A stretch of 64,000 bases of DNA, from positions 572,128-636,127 of the forward strand of contig BDGG01000001.1 in the NCBI GenBank assembly GCA_001949185.1, in the 5' to 3' direction. The notes under the pieces are model-generated. The model had not been told where the DNA came from. It saw only the letters and a list, made by a program, of their open reading frames with translations, and searched no databases. The DNA comes from Ramazzottius varieornatus. Lineage: Eukaryota; Animalia; Tardigrada. This document shows positions 36,102 through 49,977 of the stretch, in pieces. Both the position numbers and the translations under genes were made by a program. Positions within the stretch are counted from its first letter, which is position 1; every line of letters begins with the position of its first letter.

Positions 36102-39100
36102 CTTGTACAGTTCTTGGATCGGTGGTTCTATCCTGGCTTCGCTGTCAACCTTCCAACGGATATGGATTTCCAAAGCCGAGTACGACGAGTTGGGACAGAT
36201 GGATAGATGTCCAGGAAGAGAACTTTCAGACCAGCCTGAACGTTTTGCCGGGTGTTACGTAACATGTTGCCTCTCATTTGGGCAGTCAGCTGTGGAGTGT
36301 GTGTATGTTTGATCAACTGCTGAAATCAACCATAAAGGAAAGCTGTCTCGTTTAGAACAGTTTTTGGTTCGGTGTCTTCACTGTCGATAGTCCAGCCCAC
36401 TTCTAGAGTAGCTTATTTGCCTACACTGTAGCAAGATTCAGAATGGACATTTTGCTAGTTTGAAAGGTACATTCTGATCGCTTTGCGCCATTTGAGCTTG
36501 TGTGTCTCCTGCATGCCCATCATATATTTCGAACTAAACCAGCGTCAAGGTTAGGAGGAGACATTTCTGACATTCAGAAAAAGCGAAAGGAGTCATGGCT
36601 TCATCCAATAGAAAACTAAATGACAGGCCTCATAGACTTTAATACCTGGTGAACTCCTGTGGCCTGGTATCGCCTTAATAATGCTAATATTCTGTGCTGG
36701 AAGTGGCCAGAAGCGCGAAAAGGTTTTCTGCGTAAAAACTGCTCATATTGATAGTATAGCATAAATTCATGTGATTTTTTGCTGTCCAGGGCGGAATTCG
36801 CTGTGGGTTACAGGTTCAATTAACCACATTTTCCTGCGCCGTTACATGGGCCGAATGTGCCATTGAGCCACCGAGTACCTAACGCCGGCACTGTTAAGGC
36901 ATACATATCAATACTAAGACCTTACGTTACGAAACCGAGGGAGAGAACGGTGTTCATTGTGTGCCAAAGTGAAAAAGCGAATAAATTCGTACGTTCACCT
37001 TGATCAATTTAGCAATCAGTTCACGCTGTACAGCGAATATTACAGGCATGATAATTGGGGAATTCATCATGTGACTTCTAACACAGAATGCGGTTATTAC
37101 GTTACGCAGGACAAGCAATGTGGTGTTGCGTACAAGTCATAACTGAATAGTGAACCAAGTTCGTCAACACAGCACTTCGGTGGAACTGACGCGAATGAAT
37201 TGTTCATCGTTAATTTCGCCTGTTGTACGCCAGTAGTCGCAAGAACGGTGACGCAAGACAGGCGAAATTCACCAATAACCGACCTCCCTGCATGGGACCA
37301 GACGGCTGGTTTCCTTAGGTAAATTCGACCGAAATTCGCTGAGTGGTTCGCATGTGCGCTAACGTGCAGCAGCGCTTGGCCAGACTCCACCTTCTAAATT
37401 CGGGTGTGCGCGCGCTCGTGGATTATTCATACCCAGTGCCGGCCGCGCTATCACACGTCCCGGTATCACCTTAGTTAGCTGTGTTTATGTCGTCACAGTG
37501 ACCAAACACCCAGGTTTCTGCGGAAACTCCCAGGGTAACTACGTTACCCTTCCGGGCATTCCCACCCTAAGAGTGATACAGCCCAAGAAAAAAAGAGTAC
37601 GAGGAGCTGAACCTAACTTTACCCGCGGTTAAAACTTTACCCACACACGTTATACATACGTCACGAGCCTGCGAATCGCTGGTGGCGAATGTGGGTAAAC
37701 TTTTACCTCGTGGCTACGCGCGCGGCACTTAATTTTATTGTACCAGGGGTCCAGTTTCTGTTTGAGTAAAATGGCTTTCGGACTTGGAGAATTTCCCAAA
37801 CACTTTGTAGTTGTAATTAGTGGAAAAAAAGGATCGACGGGAAGAAGTAATATAAGCTCCACAGCTCCAGTGTCGTTATGGAAGTTTTTGCTCTGCCGGA
37901 ACGTGATTATTGGAACAGGCAGAATCATAGTCTCGGAAGTTTCTATCTCGACCGCAAACTTTTGGTGTTTGTGAATTGCACATGTGGAATAAGCAAATCT
38001 AAAGGTTTTGATTAGGTTCTCGAAGTCTTTGTTCTTTCGAATTCAGAATCTGATGAGCGAAATATGCGGAATGAGTGGAGTAGTGTTCCATGAAGTTTTG
38101 ATCTGGTTTGCAGACTTCTGGACTTCGTAAATCCTGTGCACGGAACAAGCGGAATAGGCAAAGTAGTGGCAAGTTAGATGATCTCGTTCGCTGATGATCT
38201 CGTTCGTGAACTTTAGCTTTTTGTAAATCTCGCAAGCAGGACAAGCGGAATAAGCAAAATCTGATCAGCGAAACAAGCAGGACATGCAGAATAGTAACTT
38301 CTGCAGTTTGCAACAGTACTCCTCACGACGAGCCGTTTATGTCGCAAACGGTTGATTTAAAATTTGAGTTTGCTTGATCAACGGAAATAAGTCGTGAGTG
38401 AGGCAAAATTGCGTTTTTCGAAAGTCTCGGAAACGGAAGCGGAAATGCGCGAGTTTTGCGGGGTAGGTTTGTAGGCAAACTTTGCCTCCTGACTAGGCTG
38501 AAATTCATGGTTTTCTCTCTGGCTAGTCTCTGTCTGTCGATATCCCCGACACCAATAGGTATCAAGAAGCCCATACGTAAAACGGTATCTCGCAACGTGA
38601 AGCACTGTGCAGACAGAGACCAGCTGAGAAATGAAAATTTGAAATTTTGAGTCAAGTGTGCAGAGAATACTCCGTTTTCGCTTTTAAGATAAGCAGCCCT
38701 CGAGTAGCTCATCTTGAAAGCGAAACTTCGTAATCCACTTTCAAGATCAACACAATCAACGGAGTTTTACGGCCTGTCGTGAGTAGGACTAATCTTTTCG
38801 ACTTAGTTAATTTAGCATGAGGAACAAGCAGAATAAGTGTCGTTTTAAGTTTGTCTGGTATAGTACATTTTGACTAGTCGACTGGCGGAAATGGCGGAAC
38901 AAGCGGAACAAGCGAGACAACCGTTGCCGTGAAAGTTCTAACCTTGAAGCACGCAGAATAAGCGGAGAAAGTGTGGCTAAGCATACGTGACCTCCTATTA
39001 GAGATGTTTTGCTGATGGAAGTTCTGGTCACAAACAGCGCAAAATCCGCGGTATCCGTTCTTCGTGAATCGGTGTTATACTGGACGGAACGCTTTGGAGT

Positions 39101-39467
39101 GGAAATTTGGTGTTGCTTTAACGTGGTTCGAGTAAACGATTGTTGCTTCAGACAAAGGTTGAGTCAACATACGCATTCCTTATCCCTTCAGCCGTGCCAA
39201 GTTTGACCGAAAACACGAACCACGTCGATAGAACGATCAACATGGGTACACAGGAAAATCAGATGTAAGACCGCTCAACTTCAAACTAGCCTGATCTCGG
39301 ATACAACACATACACCCCGTCCCAGCCAATTTGCTACCACCTGGTATTTGGCGGATAAAAGTTCAGACTGCTGCTCTGCTATTCACTTTCACACTTTTCA
39401 TACGACTTTTTACCGAGCTATTATTCGTTCCGTTGAGCTGGAAACTGCGTGAAACAATTGACCAATA

Positions 39468-39712
39468 CAGTCCAGTCGCTCGAAATGTGTACAGAAGTTT
39501 TCGGTTCCAGTTTGAGGCCTGCTGAACATTCACCACACAGCATGCTAAGCAAAGGTCCGAAACTAAATCACACATATACGTTAAACCATGGTTAACTGGT
39601 GAAATCAAATACTCAAGGCGCACGTTCCCGTCTGTGTAGGCACGGCCAGCTTTGAATGATACTCTTTTTTAGAAATTGGAAAACTTTGTACACATTTCGA
39701 GCGACCGGACTG
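39468..39712. mobile_element. MITE (245 bp), CAGTCC-type
   Basis: cagtccagtcgctcgaaatgtgtaca / tgtacacatttcgagcgaccggactg with TA flanks. Related ends at about 44125-44146 and 47851-48098. Confidence 0.85.
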
Positions 39713-41381
39713 TATGAATTCCGATGGGGAAGACATATCGCCGCAAGTCAAAAGCAGTCAGAAAAATTCTGTGCATAAGTTTCTATTCTCAGATTTGATG
39801 TAAACAAACGTGCAACTATCTTAGCAATCGGGAATAATTGAGAAAAATTAAAAAAGATCTGAACTGGCTTGGTAGACGGATTAAGACCGTTGAATTTAGC
39901 GTTTCTGCCGAGAAAATTCGATTCCAGGCAAATTTATAGCCCTTTTTCGGAATGACAGATTCACGCTTCCAGTCAGTTCTTCCGTAACTTGGTTCGTGTT
40001 CTAATCATTTTCAACAGCACAATCTCCAAACCTTAACAGAGAACTGAAAAATTGGTTTTCGGGGAAGAGTTCGAAAACTGCGAAAGTTGGTGCATCTACC
40101 CGACGCAACTCTCCTGACTCAATTTCGATTTGTACTTCAGAATGGTCCACCGCTGCTTAGTTTTGGCATTGCCGCTGCTTAGTTTTGCCAAAAGATCAGC
40201 TGTTTCCGTTCAGTGATCGAATCGGCGGGGTTGAGGAGGCGGGGAGCAAAAGTTCCATTTTCTATTGGCATCATGTTCCGCCCTTTGCGCTTTTATCCAT
40301 ACTGTCGAAAGTCGTATATGAATCAATCGTAATTGATAATCCGGCCAGGACGAACTACAAGTGAATCAGATTGCTGCTGCGCTAGGGATTCCAGTCAATC
40401 GCAACTGAGATTAAAATTGAAAAAGTCATATCGGAACAACATAGGTTTGAATACGAACGTTTGCCAGTCTGATTGATGAGGAAACGGGTTTCAAGCGCCA
40501 TCGGCATGAATTACCGCTGGATCCGGGGTACTCGAAGCAGAATTCTGTAGTGACGACGAAGCGGTCGCTTCTCCGATTCAGTGGCGCACTGAAACGGCTG
40601 GAGTTGGCACTAATCTTCGACACCACATTGGTGTGGCTGGCTTTCGGCTCGCTGGTTAATTACGTTTATTATTAACGGTTATTACTCAACGAGAAGAAGA
40701 ACCAAAAGGGTCTGATATTTTGGCCAGAAAAGTTTTGACGTTATAATGACGTCATACAGCATAGAAGTGCATGCGCAATCATTTTGACACCAAACCCCCA
40801 GACTAGAGTGTTTAAACTGTTGATCGCCCGTGAAATTTTCTGAAGTATCTTCCCAAAAAGGCGAACAGTTTTGTCAGACTTCTGTCCGTGGCGAAGCGTG
40901 GCGGCTCTACGGCATGATGCCCTTGAATATTATGACTCAAACGCAATGGACTCCATAACTGTCAGATAGAACGAAAACGGGGCGACCCCGTACCCCCTTT
41001 CAATCCAGGTAGTCCCCAACGCCCGCCCTCCCCAAAGCAACCATCACGAACAAATCTGTCATACAATTACGCGGTGATCACGCCAAGTGACTACCACCTG
41101 ACGATATTCATGGCGCTCTCGACTGCTTATGGGTTGCTCCACGGAACTTTTTTTCTTAATTTAATATCCCTGTTGCTGCCTACTAAAAAAAACCTGGCCA
41201 GAAAGAATCTCTGTACAAAGTCGAAATTTGTCCTGAGACCAGAGAGGGTGGAACCTCGTACCTGCTCCGGAGCGAACTTTTCACTCTTTTCCTCATCGGA
41301 AAAAAATTGTCTTCCCTCTTCTGCACTTTTGAGCCAGAAGTGCCGATCACAAATTGGTCAACAGTAAACTGGACAAAAATA

Positions 41382-42052
41382 CAGGGTGCGCGCCAGGAAA
41401 CAAGGTTTCTCGAAATGGTCTGGCGTTTTTTCCGGTAATCAAAAGCATAAACTGGAAGCCAGATTATTTATTTCTCTGAATCCGAAACACTTTTGGACAT
41501 ACTTAGGAAAACCTGAGTAAGAGAAGACTTTTCGCGAAAAGTGGGTTCGCACGAATCGGCAACTTTTCAAGATTTGGAGAGAATTTCAAAAAGTTCTCAT
41601 CCAGTTGACTGACAAGGCCTTGCAATTCGGAAACCCAACAGAATTAGTCCAAGAACAGAGCTACACGACAAGCGGTTGTAAGTGCAGACTGTCGGGTTAA
41701 AACATAAGTTTTAGTTTTTTCCACGTGGTGTGGTTTCACCTCAAAGTGGTATTTATTTTATTGAAATGATATTTATTCGTTTATCAGGTTAGTTTAAATC
41801 AGATTGGGGAGGCATACTCACGCATGGAGTTCTAGAGTGTCCGGTTTACTCCTGCCGAAAAATCATCCTCACCAGATGTCATTCTAGTCGACATTTCCAA
41901 CCAGGATCTCAATTCTTGCAAAAGAGCTATGTCTCAACGAAAGCAGCGTAAAAAGCTGCGCGAATTTTGTGGAGGGACGGAAGAAAACCCAGACAGTCTG
42001 AAGTTTTCTGCGCCAAAGTACCAGATGGTAGTCACTTGGCGTGATCACCCTG
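41382..42052 (+). mobile_element. Decayed CAGGGTG-terminal Tc1/mariner-like relic
   Basis: TA-cagggtgcgcgccagg ... cttggcgtgatcaccctg-TA; weak resemblance to a transposase C-terminus near 41880-41980. Confidence 0.4.
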
Positions 42053-45000
42053 TATGATTCTCTTCAAGGATCTCAGCTAGCTTGATGGCACTTATTCCGC
42101 ATATTCACATCGTTCTTCAAACACAATGATTGTTGCTACAGCAGAACCGGGGGAACCCCGGACCCCGGATCTATCCAGGAAGACAGCACACACACCCGCT
42201 TTTTCCGCTTATTCTATGGCACTGGAAACAGGAAGGCAAACTCATGTGGGGGTGTGCCGCGCGCGTAGCCACTATGAAAGTTTTAACCGCGGGTAAAGTT
42301 AGGTTCAGCTCCTCGTACCTAGTAAAGTAATGACCGAAGTGTAGTCCGTACGGCCGTTTGGGCCGGACAGGTACCTAGCGTACACTTTTCTCTATCGGCG
42401 CATACGTGGTCGAGCGCATGCTATGCGCCTGTACATAGGTGGCTAATCCACGTGCAAAATTCTGGACTTGAAAATTTTCAAACGATGACACTTCCTTGCT
42501 AGTTGGCTGCTCCCGTTAGTTCTGGCCACCTACCAGCTTACTGTAGTTTCTTCGCTCACCTCGATCCCGATCCCTACTCTTTGTTCACCCCTAACACCTT
42601 CTAAACGCCGTGTGGTCTGGAGAAAGCACTTGGGGAACAGCCAATCAACGGAAACGCAGATTTTGCCGTGCCAGATACTGATACCGTTTGTTGCGGCATT
42701 CTGCGCCTCAGGAATCCCAAAGGCTGCTGCTGACGGTAAGCAAAGCTCGATTAACGTTCCAGTGGGTGCTAACGCCAACTAGGGATACCCAGATAGATTT
42801 CGTTGTCCAACTTCAGTAAAGATGATGTTTTAGCATTTGAATGTTCTTTGGTTTTTCAAGATTTCAGCACCTGTTTATTCGATCAAACTGAAAGCAGAGA
42901 ACGGAGGAGGCCTTCCCTTCGGATCGTCGTAGTTTCTAAACGCAGCAAAAACGCATGGAGTTCTTCTTTAGCTGTATATATCTGCTGTAGATACAGGATT
43001 CAGATACACCGTTCTTCGCGCGAAAATCTAACGGCGCCTACTGCAGTGGACATCTAGTGCTATATTCCTATGCAACTGAATTTTCTGGTTTACAGGTGGG
43101 CAACTGACATCAGAACGAAGTTACCATCCAGCTGAACGAGATGGGATCGGGCGAGAGCAGCGGAAAGAGTTGTGGTTCTGGGAAAGGTCGCTGGAAGTAT
43201 CGGCTAGACGAGATGGCTGAACAGCCGTGAAAATGAACATTAGACAACTTATGAACTGTTTCCACATGACGCGACTGACTGTCAGACTGTCATGTCGGAC
43301 CTCCATCTGATATAACAGCCTATCAGCCGGCCACCGACTGGGCTCGATCTTTCAACCAAAGACCAAACCAACTCGGTCGTATCAATCATGAATCCGAGTC
43401 CATCACTCCATCTTGATCATCAGTCCGGGGATCCAATCAAACAATCAACCGAACAAAATTCACTCGAACAGTAAAAAATAGAACCAATCAATCGAAGAGA
43501 AAACTCAAGGCTAATTTTATCAATCAGGCAATCAAACGGATATTTTTGATTGACTGATTGGCTAAATCGAGATGCACATGTGATGCGCACACAGGTGCAG
43601 TATAGTAGACTCATAGTACGTATTGCTACTAACACCTAGGATGCCTAGTGCGGTGTACTCGGAATTTACAACTTTTATTTCTTGGGAGTAATTCCGTACC
43701 AGGGCCTCCAACTGAATAAGGTCATACCGGGAAGTCTGATAGCGCGACCACCACTGATCATGCTTCCAGCAAATCTTTAACTGAACTTTGTCAGTCTGTA
43801 TAATCAAGCTTCAAATCAAGCCAGTCAGCGCGGGGAGCAGAACGAACGGTCCACGGAACAGCAGTTTTTGTCGCTTCCCTTTTGACTCAGCGACCTGGTT
43901 TTCGGTCTTTCGTCGAAAACTTTGAGTCCGTTTGACAGTCTGCTATACATTCGCCATACAGCACGACAAGCCAAGGCCGAAATTACATTACACATAAATT
44001 ACACCGTAGCTTTACTGGTGTGATCAAGTAATCAACCCGCATGTGGACCGGCTATGTCGGTATGGCGCGCAGTATGGTTAATTTTGCACGATTTCTTTAT
44101 TCTGAAATCGCAAAATCAGGTACCAGATTTCGAGCGACCGGACTGTACCTCTTTTTATTACGTAAATTTCGGACACCCACCCCCATCTTCACAAACTGCT
44201 TATTTTGCTCGCAAGCGGTCAAGAAAGTAAGTGGAACAGTACGCGAATGAAATTGTGACTTACTGTTAATTTAACTAAACGAATCTTTGCTGTCTGACGT
44301 AAGATTCATCTCCATCTCTACCTGTCGTAAACAAACCGTAAGATTTTTGCGACCAGTACCCCATCCGAGGTGCTAACGTAATACTTGTACGGTCCCTTTA
44401 CGAAGATTTTACCAGTATTCTGCGGTTACTTTTGGTCGCCTCTAAACTAACCGAGAGCCTTGCTGTAGTTACACCGAAATTGCATCGAAAACGAAAAATA
44501 TTACGGCAGTTTCGCATAGTCTCCATCCATTGGTCGTTAGTCTTGAATGAAACAAAGCCACTTTTCAGGTCACTCTTTCCTGGAGTGATATCGAGTAAAA
44601 TTTGATTCTTGGTGCAAAGGAAAAAACTGGGAACAGTCTACGTTGAAAGTCGCAACGCAGAAAGGGGTGTGCACCAGGAAACTGAGTTTCCCGCCCCGTG
44701 CTCAAGTAGTCAATTCCTATCTGCCTCTATGAATTTCTAAGGTGACCTACTTTCACATCACTTTGAACGATGGTGTGATCTACAAAAGATTGGAAACGTC
44801 AACGACCCGGAAACTGATCCCAACCAGACGGTACCATACACGTACACTGCATTCCGAACCAATTCGAGATAACCCGCTTATGTATTCTAGGTACAGCTGG
44901 AAAGCAATAATAGGTATGATAAATTTTCAGTTGAATTTTTGGTCGGGTGGTGTGTCAGCTGTCCACGCTATACTGCTACAGCCACGACAAACGAACCTTA

Positions 45001-45341
45001 CACACCGTGCGCATACACAGAGGTCGTACAGGAAAGACGTAGCGAGCACAAGGTCAGTACTATACTCGGGTCAGGAAGCTAGGTTTCCGTCGCGACCTAG
45101 TCGCGGTTGAGCTAATTTTCTGTTGAGCGAAAGATCGGAATTTGAAGGTAGCGACCTAAGCAGGAACAAGCACAAGTACCTGTCTTCGCTACTCGAATTC
45201 CGTTGTTCCGAGTATACTATGACACTTGTGCCAGCATAGTTTTGCTGTTCCGCTGTCAACAAATCCCGATTTAATTTTTGATCTCCTGTTTCGCTGAAGT
45301 TATTTCATCGCTTATCCTTGAAAATTTATCGTTATTTTGAA

Positions 45342-46830
45342 ATGGATTCTAGATCTGCTGTTACTGCTTTACTGTTGAATTGTCGGTTACGTTTGCTCAG
45401 ATTATAACAACGCAAAGTGGCGCTCAAGCGACAACAATGCTTATCCCTTCTTTCTCGTCAACGGAAGGCAAGAAGATGGTATGTCCGTCCCGTTAACGTG
45501 AATAGGGGAGAATCTGGAGAGTACGTGAGAAGAGTGAAAACCTTCGCAGAGAACATGGAATACTACATGGAATATTTCCTGATGTCCGAGCCATTGTTCA
45601 AGATGCTGCTAAAGCTAGTCACACCGTTGATAACTTATCAGTCAACGTATATACAGCCCATCAGCTGAAGAACGACTCGTTCTGACTTTAAGGTAAAAGC
45701 AAGTAATATTTGTATTCTTTAATCTGGTATATGGAATGGGAGAGTTATAACGAGCAGATGTTCGTACAGAATTCTTGGAACGGGTATCACGCAGACTGCA
45801 GCAGCCCATTCGTTTGCTATGTCTCAAACAACGATCAGCAAAATTTTCAAAGAAACAACGAAGGCCATATACGATGCTCTGAAAGATGTCTACATAGGTG
45901 AACCAAGCAAGGAGAGATGGAAGAAGAACGCTGAGAAATTCGAGGTCATGTGGAACGTTCCTAATTTCATCGGCGCCATTGACGGGAAACATGTCCAAAT
46001 CAAGGTAAAACTATGTTTGAGATTATGTGCCTTTCTCCGTGTGCACCTTTTACGGTTGTAAACTTTTTGTAGAAACCAAGAAATAGTGGGAGTAAGTGGA
46101 TCAACTACAAGGGAACACACTCAGTCGTTCTTATGGCTGTGGCGGGAGCGAACTACACATTCGAATATGTGGACGTTGGGTTTGGACGGCAAAGCGACGG
46201 TGGAACGTGGCAGAACTGTACTCTGGGCCGAGCTCTGAACGACGGGGAGTTAGTTCTACCTCCTAGAAAGCCAGAACAGTGTACGAAGAAGCTACCGTAG
46301 GTGTTCGTGGCCGATGCTGCATTCCCCATGTCCGAAAATTTACCGCGACCATTCCCAGGATACGCTTCGTCAAGTTTAGGCAACCATGAACGCATCTTCA
46401 ACTACAGGTTCGATATTTTGTACGTAGAGGTGTTCAATCGACCTGAATATTTTATATATTATAACTTGCAGATTGTCAAGGGCTCGTCGGGTGGTGGAGA
46501 ATGCGGCAAAATGGGGAATCTTCAAGGGACCAATCGACCTGAAACCTATGCAGGTCATCTACCGGACCCTAGCATGCTGCGCGCTGCATAATTTTTCTAT
46601 AAAAGAAAATGCGAAGAGCGGCGAGAGCTACATCCACCCAACCTTGGTGGACAGGAGGCTCCCGACGGTAGCATTGTACTTGGTTCCTGGCGTAAGACGA
46701 TGCCTGCAAGTATGATTCCTCTCAAACTAAGCGGAAATGAGACTGGACGTGCTGCTATCAGAACAAGAGAAGATTTTTCTGAATTCTTTAATTCTTATGG
46801 AAGCGTACCGTAACAAGAAAACATTGTATT
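45342..46830 (+). pseudogene. PIF/Harbinger transposase (DDE_Tnp_4/HARBI1-like), spliced and decayed
   Basis: 'WYVRP', 'ISAEERLVLTLR', 'WNVPNFIGAIDGKHV', 'NYKGTHSVVLMAV', 'GRQSDGG', 'FVADAAFP', 'IFNYR|LSRARRVVENA'. Stops and frameshifts present. Confidence 0.9.
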
Positions 46831-47850
46831 TGGTACATTAAAGAAATGAGAATCTTGCTGCTTTAAAGCTGTTTACATAAACGCTGTGATGTAGAAACTT
46901 CTATAAAACCGTACAGTCTTAAACGATGCTGTCAAAGTTGTGCTCTTCCGTGGAAATGGGCGTGTCAGGACGGTAAGGGAAACCGAGTCGTGTTGCTTCC
47001 TCGTACAGAAAGACTGCCACTGCTTGGTCAATCTTCTGTCGGAGGGTTGAATGACCAGCTGCATCTTGATTCAGCAACGTTGCCGTTATGTAGGAGCCTA
47101 TAACGTAACTAAAACGGTACGGCTGAAAGATAGAGGCGACGCGGATCTGTAGAGTGAGATAGACTGATTCGGCGAATTTAATTCCTGCACGTCCTGGCAA
47201 AATTTGGGAACGGTAGAGCAGCTGACGTACATATTGTCCCGATGACGTAATCGAAGCTTTCTGACGTGATGAAGTATCATTTGGTTCTCAATTGATCAGC
47301 TGATCGGCGCGAGGCCTATCCCGGGCGCCGCACAGTTTGCGTTCCCCCAGCTTCAAAGACTCTGTGATGAGCTGTTCGGATCATCACGAAACCAGGTCTG
47401 CTCAGCAGTTCGTCCCTCCTTCTCAATCAAAAGCGTCAATGAAAGAACACTACGTCATCGGAGCAGACTTGTGCGCCCGCGTACGGCAAGCGCTCTCCTA
47501 TTCCCGAATTTTCCCAGGACGTCCAGGAATGAAATTCGCCGATTCAGTCTATTTCAGCCTACAGATCAGAGTCTCCTCTGTCTTTCTGCCTTACCGCTTT
47601 CAGGATCGGAGTGAACCGGCTGGCGTTTGAACCCTTGTGAGACCAGTGATTCTCGCTCAGTGAATCAATGGCGTGCGAGTATGGTATCTGTTGGCCTCCA
47701 ATTTGGCGGGTACGCCCCGTGCATGAGAACACTGCTCGGCCCGCCGACGTGTTGCTTTGTATCGGTATTCTCGCCTTAACGGTGACCGATTCAGGTATGC
47801 ATGGCCGACTTGCACACGGTGGATACTCGGCATACTAATACAATGCGGTG

Positions 47851-48098
47851 ACTGCGGTCGTTCGAAATCCGTACCAAATTTTCGGATTTCCAAAACCCGA
47901 AAATCATTCAAAGTTAACCGCATAGCTCGCCATGCTCAGACAGCCGGTTGTCTGCGACTTGATTACTTGATTACACCAGTTAAAGCACGGTGTAATACAT
48001 GTGTCATGTAATTTTGGCATTTTGCTTGGCATGTAGTATGGTCGATGTATGGCAGCTCCTAAACTAAAATTTGGTACGGATTTCGAACAACCGGACTG
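47851..48098. mobile_element. MITE, same family as 39468-39712
   Basis: cggtcgttcgaaatccgtaccaaatttt / aaaatttggtacggatttcgaacaaccggactgTA. Confidence 0.7.
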
Positions 48099-48186
48099 TA
48101 GTCCGTCACTTTCATGACTTTGTACTCGACTCCGAACCGCACGCGTGCTTCACTTCATGGCTGCAATCCAAGCCGGTGGTCCCATA

Positions 48187-48485
48187 CAGCGGTGTCGTTT
48201 GGCCCAACTTGCTCCGCTGACGTAGACAAACCAAAACGTCATGATGTAATGCAGCGATTATTTAACCCGGCCGACAACAGCACTGCCAGAGAATAAAAAC
48301 CAATATAAACGCTGATCAGACAATAATATCAACAATCTGCTCGCCTTTGATTGGCGTTTGATCCCTTTTTCGGCAGTGTTCTTTGGCAGTGTTGTGGTCG
48401 GTCTGGTTGAATACTCAATACATTCCATGATAGCGTACTGGCCAGTCTACGTCAGCAGAGGAAGTTCGGCCTAGCGGAACCGCTG
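48187..48485. repeat. About 300-bp imperfect foldback (MITE-like)
   Basis: Nested inverted pairs: cagcgg/ccgctg, gctgacgtagac/gtctacgtcagc, cactgcca/tggcagtg. Confidence 0.7.
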
Positions 48486-49073
48486 GTCTCATACAAAGTC
48501 GTTCGTTTGTCATGCCTGTATGTATTAATATTAATACAGTTACCCTTCACACATGTGTGTGAAGGGTCTCTGTATTGCGTCGCAGAGCCCTTTTCTAGGC
48601 GATGTGTGCGCTAGCGTTGCTTATGATGAATGCCGACCTGAAGTAGCAGAGAGCGCTTGTCCTAAGTTATACATATATTGCTATCCCTTTGATTCTTTGT
48701 ACGAGCATACGTTTGGTTGTTTGTCGTCCGAATTGTCTCAAATTTTGCCTACGTTCGGTCACACCAAACAAATCGGGCATCAATTTCCAAGCAATAGCTT
48801 GAACAACTTTACGAACAGGTCAAATCAAACCCGACCGGGTCGAGGCTACGGTACAAGAAGATGAATGTAACAGAACTACAGACCTAAAGTGCAGTGCCTG
48901 GGTCACTCGCTGAAGAGTTTCATACATTTGTCAGACGTCTTTGTGCAATAATCTGCCGCGTTTGGAAATCCCGGCCTATCGCCACAGGGCCTTTAACGCA
49001 ACCGGGAACGAGACGGTTGGCTGCTATATGAACACTACTGAATGTACCGCAGAAATAACAAGTCCTTCAACTA

Positions 49074-49442
49074 CTGTATTACCTCCAAGGTTCTGCGCAG
49101 TCACGTGACATGGAAATGAACTACACCCTATGTAATTTTTACTGTGCAACGAGTTGATTGTTTGATTGTAGCCCAACGCGTTACCACTTGTTATGTCAGA
49201 ACCTCTGGACATGTTAGCTGATCAGGAAGAGATTAATTTTCGGATACTCCTGATGATTTCGAAGCGTCTTTCGAGCGCAGTTTCAGTTCGGTGGAAGATT
49301 GATTCACGGAAGATTAAAGTGTTACTGTGCTTTAATGGATCGCTGAGTGTCTTCGATTGAAGACACGGACACTTTTCTGTCCCCGCCAGGTAATCTTTAC
49401 GGGCATGTCACGTGACTGCGCAGAACCTTGGAGGTAATACAG
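49074..49442. mobile_element. MITE (369 bp) with perfect TIR of about 39 bp
   Basis: ctgtattacctccaaggttctgcgcagtcacgtgacatg and its exact inverse, with TA flanks. A shorter diverged relative lies at 55893-56018. Confidence 0.92.
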
Positions 49443-49977
49443 TACGAGCAAAGGCACTACAGCAAGTAACCCATCAACTCCTGCCGGTGGAAACACCTGC
49501 CCAACTCACTGTTCCTGCGGGACGGTGAATCTTGCTGCTCTCATTACTAAAGCGGCCACGTCAACCATAACTTCGGAGGCTATTCTGACCCTCACCTCTG
49601 CGCCAGTCTGCTACTTTTGGTGTTGGGACTACGTCACCAGTCTTGGTCACACCATCCATCACTAGAACCGCCGCATAACAACATTTGCAAGAGTGCGATA
49701 CCGTGCTGTTCGTCAAGTCAGAGATGTCGTACGTATGCCGCTTTGCTACAACCGTTGGCTGAACCGCAGACTTTTGCGCTTCGTCTGTACTTTTTTGTAT
49801 ATCGTCAGTTACGATGTGTTCAAATGTCTTTCGATCAAGACTCGAGTGTTATCAGCATGCAATTGCGTCCATAAACAACATTGTTGCGGAACACATGTAT
49901 AGAAGTTTTGAAACTTCTGTATCGATGCAGGTAATGAGTCGCTTCTTCTGTCGAGATGCACCTATCCATTTCGGGTA

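Larger units (their letters stand above)
34710..36428 (-). mobile_element. Tc1-family DNA transposon (1.7 kb)
   Basis: TIR cagtgtgggcaaataagctactcta / tagagtagcttatttgcctacactg with TA TSD. Confidence 0.93.
37600..42315. mobile_element. 4.7-kb non-autonomous TIR element, CGAGG-type
   Basis: Perfect 39-bp TIR cgaggagctgaacctaactttacccgcggttaaaacttt with TA flanks, plus a second inverted pair gtggctacgcgcgcggcac (about 37709) / gtgccgcgcgcgtagccac (about 42254). Confidence 0.85.

Noticed and set aside
38140-38960. CRISPR-like spaced repeats (ACAAGCGGAATA)
   Set aside because: Repeats are short, degenerate and irregularly spaced; eukaryotic context and no cas genes.
42500-45300. Harbinger partner (Myb/MADF) gene and element TIRs
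   Set aside because: No W-spaced Myb/MADF pattern or convincing TIR/TWA TSD was found by eye.
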